From a virus: a DNA stretch of 64,000 nt. The stretch lies in the IMG/VR virus record IMGVR_UViG_2895374923_000002, positions 15,523 through 79,522 of that record. One strand, given 5' to 3'. Position 1 is the stretch's first letter. Each line of letters begins with the position of its first letter. Made by a program: the position numbers and the translations under genes. Under the pieces are notes generated by a model. That model had not been told where the DNA came from, made no database searches, and saw only the letters and a list, made by a program, of their open reading frames with translations. Shown here in pieces: positions 57,781 to 64,000 of the stretch.

Positions 57781-58200
57781 GTGCTGCGACGACATCTGCA
57801 CGCCCTCTGGCGGCGCCTCGGCCGGCGCGGCGTCTTTCTCCTGTTCGTCGCCTACCTCTACACCGTCTACGGAGGTTTGGGATTTCTCCTCGCTCCACCG
57901 GAGACGCGCGCCAACCCCACTTACGTGTGGCTGGCGACGCTGTTCCCGCTCAATGTCTGGGCGGCCCTGTGGCTGCTGGCTGGCGCGTGCTGCCTGGTGC
58001 AGGCGTGGCAGCGGTGGGACCGCATCGCCTACTCGGCCGCGGCTGGGCTCATGGCGGCGTTCGGGGCCATCCACCTGGTGGGCGGCATCGCAGGCGTGCT
58101 GCCGCGCGGCTGGGTGTCGGCGTCCATCTGGTTGTTCTTCGCCGGTGTCATCGCCCTGATCTCCAACTGGCCGGAAGCCTGGGACCGCGGCCGGAGGTGA
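57781..58200 (+). CDS. Multi-TM membrane protein (lysis-associated)
   Basis: Four hydrophobic helices; SD GGGAGG before GTG. Confidence 0.65.
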   Translation: MLRRHLHALWRRLGRRGVFLLFVAYLYTVYGGLGFLLAPPETRANPTYVWLATLFPLNVWAALWLLAGACCLVQAWQRWDRIAYSAAAGLMAAFGAIHLVGGIAGVLPRGWVSASIWLFFAGVIALISNWPEAWDRGRR

Positions 58201-58203
58201 ACG

Positions 58204-58560
58204 ATGACGCCTGAAATCTGGGTCTCCATCGTCGCCGGCGTCTCGGCGGTGGTCGGCGCAGGCTTCTCCTTTCGTGCCAGCACGAGGGCGAACCAGCTGG
58301 CCGAGCGCAAGGTCGAGCAGGAGGCGTACGACAAGAACATCGCCTACTACGAGAAGCTCGTCGCCCGGCTGGAGAAGGACCTCGACCAGCTTCGGGCCAC
58401 CGTCGATCGGGCTAACGACCAACTGGCGCACGAGCAGGACGTCTCGAAGGCGCTTCGCGACCAGATCCGCACCATGCAGCGGCAGCTCGACATTCTGGAG
58501 CGGACCCTCAATGAGCTGCGCGGCTCCACTGACCGGCCTCAGGCGATGGAGGGGCAATGA
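58204..58560 (+). CDS. TM-anchored coiled-coil protein (lysis-associated)
   Basis: N-terminal TM helix plus heptad repeats. Confidence 0.65.
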   Translation: MTPEIWVSIVAGVSAVVGAGFSFRASTRANQLAERKVEQEAYDKNIAYYEKLVARLEKDLDQLRATVDRANDQLAHEQDVSKALRDQIRTMQRQLDILERTLNELRGSTDRPQAMEGQ

Positions 58561-58706
58561 GTGAGAAGACCGAAGCCGAGCTCACCACCGAGGGCGTGGA
58601 TGTCCGTCAGTGGGGGCCATCTGAGGGCGACGAGGAGCTCGTCCTGCGCGCCTTGTATGGCGAGCCGGACCAGGATGGCGTCTACCGCGGTGTGGGGTCG
58701 GCGTGA
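58557..58706 (+). CDS. Small hypothetical protein
   Basis: ATGA/GTGA-coupled 49 aa ORF; not in the track. Confidence 0.45.
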   Translation: MSEKTEAELTTEGVDVRQWGPSEGDEELVLRALYGEPDQDGVYRGVGSA

Positions 58707-59431
58707 GCGCGGCGAGCATGCTGGCGGCGATGCGCTCCTACCTGGGCACTGAGGGCAGGCCGAATGTACTGACCCGCCGGTACGCGGCCCGGCACGGAGC
58801 CGAGTTCTTGCAGGCGCCGTGGTGCAACATCACCATCACCGAAGCGGCGCGGGAATCCGGCAACGGGCTTGCGGTCCTACCAGACGGCGACAGGGCGTAC
58901 ACAATCTGGCATGCAGAGGACGGCCGCGACCTGGGCCGCTGGCATGAGGGCACGGTGCAGAGCATCCGCCGATTCGCGGAGCCTGGCGCGATCGTGTTTT
59001 TCGATTGGGCTGGCACAAACACCATCGCCAAGATCGACCATGTCGGGATCATCGAGAAGGTCCTGGACGACGGGCGTATCCAGACCATCGAAGGCAACAG
59101 CGGAGACGCCTGCAAGCGGCGCGTTCGTAGCGCGGGCGTCATCGCAGGCTTCTGGAACCCGCCCTACACCGCCGACGCACCGAAGGACGAAGTGGAGGTT
59201 CTCGTGGCCAAGATGCCGCTGCTCAAGGTCGGCGCCAAGGGAACCGCGGTGAAGCGCGCCTTCTACCTGCTGATGTCTCATGGCTACGGCATCGACCCGG
59301 GCGTCTACGACGACATGACGTACACGCGGGCTATGGGGGAGAAGGTTGCAGCCTTCCAGAAGGCGAAGAAGCTCACCGCGGACAAAGAAATTGGCCCACT
59401 GACTTGGGCCGCTCTGATCAGCGCGTCCTGA
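58703..59431 (+). CDS. Endolysin: CHAP amidase/peptidase plus peptidoglycan-binding domain
   Basis: APWC, PGAIVFFDW, DHVGII, TIEGNS; LKVGAKG.AV...KV.AFQK...ADK.IGP.TWAAL. Confidence 0.88.
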   Translation: MSAASMLAAMRSYLGTEGRPNVLTRRYAARHGAEFLQAPWCNITITEAARESGNGLAVLPDGDRAYTIWHAEDGRDLGRWHEGTVQSIRRFAEPGAIVFFDWAGTNTIAKIDHVGIIEKVLDDGRIQTIEGNSGDACKRRVRSAGVIAGFWNPPYTADAPKDEVEVLVAKMPLLKVGAKGTAVKRAFYLLMSHGYGIDPGVYDDMTYTRAMGEKVAAFQKAKKLTADKEIGPLTWAALISAS

Positions 59432-59578
59432 TCGATGAGGCCAACTGATCACGACTGAGATCCGGTGCTCGTGTGCCACTTCTCAGTCACCTGAGGCGCA
59501 CCCGCAGAGGTGCGCCTTCGTATGTCACCTCCTTGAGGAGCACTTTCAAATGCGCATCACCAAGAGCTTCTACGCGCG

Positions 59579-60109
59579 GTGATGGACAGTCAGCGTGCCG
59601 CGGCGTTGAACGCCGCTGTCGCCGTGCATGCCGCGTTCGGTCTCAGGCTGCATCGCGGCGTCGACCGTGACATCACCGCCCGGCAGGCCGAGCTGGCGAT
59701 CCGCCGCACTGCGGACGTGTTCGCTGCTTGGCTGGCCGGCACTTCCCGGATCCGGCTGGTGCCGGGCCCGGTCGTCAACGAGTGGACAGGTGAGCCTGTC
59801 GATCACATTCAGGGAGCAATCATGCAGATGAACACCGGCCAGAAGTGCAGCATCGTCTGCGACACCGAGGACGCCGCCGGCTACGACACCGTCGAGACGA
59901 TCGAGTGGTCGCTGGACAACCCGGACGTCGCCACGCTGCAGGTGTCTGAGGACACCCGCACCTGCACGGTCGTGTCCGGCGCTCCGGGGTCGGCGGTCCT
60001 GACCGCGTCCATCCCGGCTCTCGGCCTGTCGGCGACGCTGGCCGTCGATGTGGTGCCCGCGGGTACGGCCACGATCGAGCTGGTGCCTGGCGAGGTCGTG
60101 AGCGAGTAG
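59579..60109 (+). CDS. Ig-like domain protein in the lysis cassette
   Basis: IEWSLDNPDVATL...TVVSGAPGSAVLTAS (Big_2-like). Confidence 0.55.
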   Translation: MMDSQRAAALNAAVAVHAAFGLRLHRGVDRDITARQAELAIRRTADVFAAWLAGTSRIRLVPGPVVNEWTGEPVDHIQGAIMQMNTGQKCSIVCDTEDAAGYDTVETIEWSLDNPDVATLQVSEDTRTCTVVSGAPGSAVLTASIPALGLSATLAVDVVPAGTATIELVPGEVVSE

Positions 60110-60465
60110 TGGACGGCTTCAAGATCCTGGGCCGTGACCCGGCCGCGATCCTGTACGGCCTGCAGTCGCTGCTCGCGGTCGTGGTCGCCTTCGGTGTGAT
60201 CACGGGCAGCGCGGCCGACTACACGATGACGGTCGCGAACGGCGTGATGGCGCTGACCGTGGCATTGACCACGAGGCCGTTCGTCGTCGCCGCGATCACC
60301 GGCGCCGCGCAGACGATTCTCACGGGCATCGTGGCGTTCGGGATCGACGGCCTGACGTTCACCACTGAGCAGCAGGGCGTCATCATCGCCGCCCTGTCGG
60401 CGCTGCTGGGCCTCATGCTTCGGCCGAACCAGGAGCCGAAGGAGACGGCGGTCACCCGGGCATGA
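60109..60465 (+). CDS. Holin
   Basis: GR.PAAI..., four hydrophobic segments, downstream of the endolysin. Confidence 0.75.
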   Translation: MDGFKILGRDPAAILYGLQSLLAVVVAFGVITGSAADYTMTVANGVMALTVALTTRPFVVAAITGAAQTILTGIVAFGIDGLTFTTEQQGVIIAALSALLGLMLRPNQEPKETAVTRA

Positions 60466-61230
60466 GCGTGGTGTCTGTCCGCCTCTCAGACGAGCTGGCG
60501 GACCATCTGCGCCTCGCGGCGATGCCGGCCTCGGGCGGCTTCTGGTCGCCGTCCAGCGGAGCGCTGCACCTGACGTGCGCGGGCTGCGGGTCGCCTTTGC
60601 CCGTGAAACTCACGGTCACGAACTGACCTGCCGCCCGTCTTGCGGAGTGGCTTGACGATCAAGTGCTGGTGATGGAGGTCTAATGCGTCCCGCACCCGAC
60701 TTCTTCGAGGATGACGAGGACCCGCGCCGCGTCCTGGCGGTGTTCGAGTCTGGCCAGCAGCGGGTCACCACACAGCCGCCGATCTCCAGGCACGTCGCTG
60801 AGCTGCTGGGCATCCCGCTTGATGATCCGGATGTGGCGCGGGAGGTGTGATGGCTCCGATGCTCGGCCGCCAGGCGTGGGGGCGTGTGGTCTGCTCGCGC
60901 GGTGACGGGCCGCGAAGCGTGAAGGTGGAGCGGGCCAGGGAGAAGCGGGATTTCGCCCGCGAGCTGCTGCCTGGGCGCTTCCGGGACTCTATGCGGTTCG
61001 AGGACGGCGACTGCCTCCACGGCTGCAACGGCGGATGCGTGTACGGCGGCAGCGACGTGTGCACGTTCGTCTGCCACGAACTGGAGCCTCACGTCGAGGC
61101 GGTGTTCGACCGGCTGGACCGGCGGGCGATGGAGATCCTCAACGAGGAGATCATCCAGTTCGCCGAGTGGTCGCTGCCGTTGGCGGTCGAGGCCGCCGAG
61201 CTGATGGGCGTCGTCTGGGACGACGACTAG
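60462..61230 (+). other. Three small hypothetical genes (60462-60626, 60683-60850, 60850-61230)
   Basis: Short ORFs after the holin; the first has an RHH-like N-terminus. Confidence 0.45.
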
Positions 61231-61338
61231 GTTCGATCATGCCGTGATGTCGCGTTGAACTCGACATCGCGATAGGTCTGAGGCGTATCGTCGTAGAGCG
61301 CCGTCGCCTCGAAACGTGGACGCCCCCGCCGTGAAGCG

Positions 61339-61379
61339 GAAGGCCCCGCTCGTCTCCTTCGGGAGGCGGGCGGGGCTTC
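61339..61379. terminator. GC-rich hairpin at the convergence of + and - operons
   Basis: GAAGGCCCCGCTCGTCTCC-TTC-GGGAGGCGGGCGGGGCTTC. Confidence 0.65.
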
Positions 61380-61582
61380 TTGGCGTTGTGCGGGGGTTGG
61401 TGTCCGGCCGCCGGGCCTGCGCGCCGCGGCGGCCGGACTGGTCCCTCGCCTCCCGAGGGGCATCCCCACCCCTTGTGGTTTAGGGACGTTCCAAACACGG
61501 GATAGGTTCACACCAACTTGTCCGCTTCCGGACACGTCGGAACCCCGGGACTTCTTCGCCTCGTGAGCCCCGCTTTCGCTGG

Positions 61583-62206
61583 TTACGCGTTCCCTGGGCC
61601 GCTTGCGAACTGCAGGATCTCGGCGGGATCCCACAGCGGCGTCCGGGCCACATGGCGGGCAGGGCGGGGAGCTTGACCACGAGCCACGTAGGCGCGCCAG
61701 GTGGATGACGCTATCGGCCGGCCCCGCTCCCGCAAGAAGGCGAGAACCTGCTCCATGGTCATCCCTGTCTCGGCTCCGGAGTCGATGCGCTCACGCGGCG
61801 TGGGCCCGAGGACATGCCAGCCGGGCGGGATCTTCGCGGCCTGCTCTTCCAGCCAGTCGTGCGGGTCCTTGCCGGAGGTGGCCGGATAGCGGCTCCAGCC
61901 CCTCCATGGGCGGCGTTCGGGCTGCCCGGCCTGCTCGGAGGTGTACCAGTGCTCCCAGTCGGCGAGGCGCTCTCTGATCGGCGTATCGGACTCGACCCAA
62001 ATTTCGGCGGCGACGGCCAGCGGAGCGGCTGCGATGGCCTCAGCCAGGGTACGAGCGCGAGGCGACAGGCGATCCAGGTCGACCTCGTCGTAGCCCGGTC
62101 GGACGCGGGCAACTTTCTCCCCGTGGCCATTTCCGGTGGTGATGAGTTCGCCGTCGCTGTCGAGGTGAGGGGTGCTCTCGCGTAGCTGGATCTTCACGGT
62201 GGCCAT
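61583..62206 (-). CDS. Hypothetical protein with C-terminal AlpA-like HTH
   Basis: MEQVLAFL...IASSTWRAYVARGQAPRP...PLWD. Confidence 0.7.
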   Translation of the reverse strand: MATVKIQLRESTPHLDSDGELITTGNGHGEKVARVRPGYDEVDLDRLSPRARTLAEAIAAAPLAVAAEIWVESDTPIRERLADWEHWYTSEQAGQPERRPWRGWSRYPATSGKDPHDWLEEQAAKIPPGWHVLGPTPRERIDSGAETGMTMEQVLAFLRERGRPIASSTWRAYVARGQAPRPARHVARTPLWDPAEILQFASGPGNA

Positions 62207-62218
62207 GTGGCTGGCTCC

Positions 62219-62737
62219 TTACCTGCAGTCGCAGGTGCGCTCGTCCAGGCCGCAGTAGTGGCACTCTCCGGCCGGGGCGGGGGACGGGATCGCGTCGGCG
62301 AGCTGGCCCATGATGCCGGGGCTGCGCAGTGTGAGGTCCGCGTACAGGCCGCTGTTTTCGAGGGCCTCAGCAGCTGCGTCCCGCTCGGCGAGCCGCCGCA
62401 GCATGTCGAGGCCATGATTGATGGCCTCTTGCGCGGTCTGGCCGTCGCCGATGGTGCCGATGTGGTGCCCGTTCCGGTATTCGCTGGCGCGCCAGCAGGC
62501 GGGGCCGAGCTGGTCGCTGTAGGTGGCGATGACCGTGGTGGTGTCGTCGACGCGGTGCTCAACTGGGGCGTGGCTCATGCGGCGCTCCTTGCCTAGGGTG
62601 ACGCGGTAGGCGAGTGAGGCGGCTTCGATGATCCACCGGCCGGCGGCCTTGGCTGCGGCGACGACGCCGGTCCGGCACCAGTGGCGGATGGTGGCGACGG
62701 TGACTCCGGCGGTCTGGGCGGCAGCGGTGGTGTTCAT
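62219..62737 (-). CDS. Excisionase-like HTH fused to an unknown domain
   Basis: MNTTAAAQTAGVTVATIRHWCRTG.V.A.K..GRW.I; C-terminal CHYC..CDC. Confidence 0.7.
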   Translation of the reverse strand: MNTTAAAQTAGVTVATIRHWCRTGVVAAAKAAGRWIIEAASLAYRVTLGKERRMSHAPVEHRVDDTTTVIATYSDQLGPACWRASEYRNGHHIGTIGDGQTAQEAINHGLDMLRRLAERDAAAEALENSGLYADLTLRSPGIMGQLADAIPSPAPAGECHYCGLDERTCDCR

Positions 62738-62765
62738 CGGGGCGCCTTTCTGATTGGATATCCAG

Positions 62766-62801
62766 ACCATACAGCGTCACGCTGTACAGCATCAAGCTGT
62801 A
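62766..62801 (-). promoter_or_regulatory. Housekeeping-sigma promoter with TACAGC/GCTGTA operator repeats
   Basis: Minus strand TTGATG-18 bp-TATGGT; four TACAGC half-sites in alternating orientation. Confidence 0.6.
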
Positions 62802-63068
62802 CGAGTCCGATGTCCTCATCCGGACACACCAGAGCCTTCGCCTCCCGAGGCTGGCCATACCAGCAGGAGCGCTTCCTGCGCGAGACCGAGTCGAGCAGGC
62901 CGAAGGAGAAGTCCGCCGCGGCGGAGCCCAGCACCCCGCGGGGAAGGGGATTCTTCTACGCGGTAGGAAAGATCTCTCGCGTCATCGTTGACGGCGGCGG
63001 CCTACGCTGTCGATGGGCCTCCTGCCTGCTGATACCACCGAGTCCGCCGGCAGGAGGCCCAGCCATCC

Positions 63069-63191
63069 CTAGGAGGGGTGGCGCGGGTCGAAGGTCACCC
63101 ACAGGATCCACAGCACCAGCTTGGCCACAGCCACGATGGTGCGGATCCACTGGTGCTTCTTCGGCCCGTCGTCGCGGTTGTCGTCCGACAC
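63069..63191 (-). CDS. 40 aa single-TM peptide (type I toxin-like)
   Basis: AGGAG SD, GTG start; hydrophobic WIRTIVAVAKLVLWILWVTF. Confidence 0.55.
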   Translation of the reverse strand: MSDDNRDDGPKKHQWIRTIVAVAKLVLWILWVTFDPRHPS

Positions 63192-63391
63192 GTTCGTCTC
63201 CTGTCTCACCGGACCGTCCGGTGCGCAGTCCTGACGGACCGGGGCGCGAGGCGCCGACGCTGCCGCCCGCTCACGATGGTCCACACCGCGAAGGTGCGCA
63301 ACGCCTCGTCCTGGGCGGGAGCGGATCTTTCTACCGCGGTGGCGGAGAACCCTCCGTAGGGGGATGATCCTTACTCGCGAAGACGCGCAAA

Positions 63392-63418
63392 GGCCCCGCC
63401 CTCCCAGAGGGCGGGGCC
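63392..63418 (-). terminator. Intrinsic terminator of the lipoprotein gene
   Basis: 12 bp stem GGCCCCGCCCTC/GAGGGCGGGGCC with TTT on the minus strand. Confidence 0.7.
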
Positions 63419-63426
63419 CGGGAACC

Positions 63427-63834
63427 TCAAGCGCTGCGCCACCTCGCCTGCGCCCCGCCCTTCGATGTGCACCGCATCAGCGTGCCCGCGTTCGTCCGCC
63501 CCAGAGCGCCCTGTGGCGAGCAGAAGGCCCCCGGGTGCACACCTGACTGGATGGACGGCCGGGGCTTGCGCGTCCGGGTGGGCTTCGGTGTCGGCCTGGG
63601 AGTCCGGATCTTCACCTTGGGCTTCTTCGGCCGCGGCGTGGTGGGCGACACCGTCGGTGTCGGGCTGGGAGACGACGTCGTCTCGCCGGCCAGAGCAGGT
63701 GTCGGCGTGGCGGACTCTGCGGCCAGAACCGCGCTCTCCGTGGAAGTGGGGAGCGACGCCGGCGTGGAGCTGGTGGCGGCCGAGCAGCCCGTCACAAGAG
63801 CGAGCGCGAGTACGGCAAGGGGGAGAGAGCGCAT
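63427..63834 (-). CDS. Pro/Thr-rich lipoprotein
   Basis: Signal peptide with LVTG-C lipobox; C-terminal HPGAFC...C...RW domain. Confidence 0.7.
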   Translation of the reverse strand: MRSLPLAVLALALVTGCSAATSSTPASLPTSTESAVLAAESATPTPALAGETTSSPSPTPTVSPTTPRPKKPKVKIRTPRPTPKPTRTRKPRPSIQSGVHPGAFCSPQGALGRTNAGTLMRCTSKGGAQARWRSA

Positions 63835-64000
63835 CGTTGCACCCTTCGGGGATTGGTGTGGGTGGCGACCCGAAGAGTGAGACGACCGAGAGTCACGCAA
63901 GGTTGTCTCAGAGTGGCGTTCTGTTGGTATCCCAGTGGGCGCCCTCGGCCTCGCGACGCCGTGGGCGCCTTCGGGAGGGCAGCTAAGCGCGGCGGGCTCG

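Larger units (their letters stand above)
1..64000 (+). mobile_element. Temperate siphovirus / prophage of a high-GC actinobacterium (left end outside window, right boundary uncertain ~61.4-64 kb)
   Basis: Complete, syntenic terminase-portal-capsid-tail-tape measure-lysis module plus dense, coupled small phage-type ORFs; no integrase or att seen. Confidence 0.95.

Noticed and set aside
48689-60465. Reverse transcriptase / diversity-generating retroelement acting on tail genes
   Set aside because: No RT motifs (YADD) and no adenine-mismatched template/variable repeat pair noticed
1-64000. Integrase, immunity repressor and att sites
   Set aside because: No tyrosine or serine recombinase motif and no tRNA-derived att duplication found; probably outside the window

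Overview
Nearly the whole window is one temperate siphovirus genome or prophage of a high-GC actinobacterial host; the host genus cannot be assigned from sequence alone. No integrase, repressor or att site is visible, so the left end probably lies upstream. 1-28 kb: a long, translationally coupled + strand early/middle region with three tandem DNA methyltransferases, a sigma-70-like protein, an HNH protein, a replication initiator, a GIY-YIG protein, Gp37/Gp68 (DUF5131), HAD, HD-like and deoxyribosyltransferase-like enzymes, DUF397 and dozens of small hypothetical genes. 28-31 kb: an inserted cassette of three tandem Y-RNA-like ncRNAs, a Ro60/TROVE-VWA protein and a T5orf172-type nuclease. 32-35 kb: an extra structural cassette ahead of the packaging genes. 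37-60 kb: terminase, portal, capsid, tail (with a -1 frameshift chaperone), tape measure and lysis genes. 61-64 kb: reverse-strand accessory genes, including a type I toxin-antitoxin-like small peptide locus. The most striking element is the Y RNA array. Two of the three RNAs are complete circularly permuted tRNA bodies that keep intact anticodon arms (Glu-CUC; a Lys-like body with a CCU anticodon), mounted on a shared Ro-binding-type stem.
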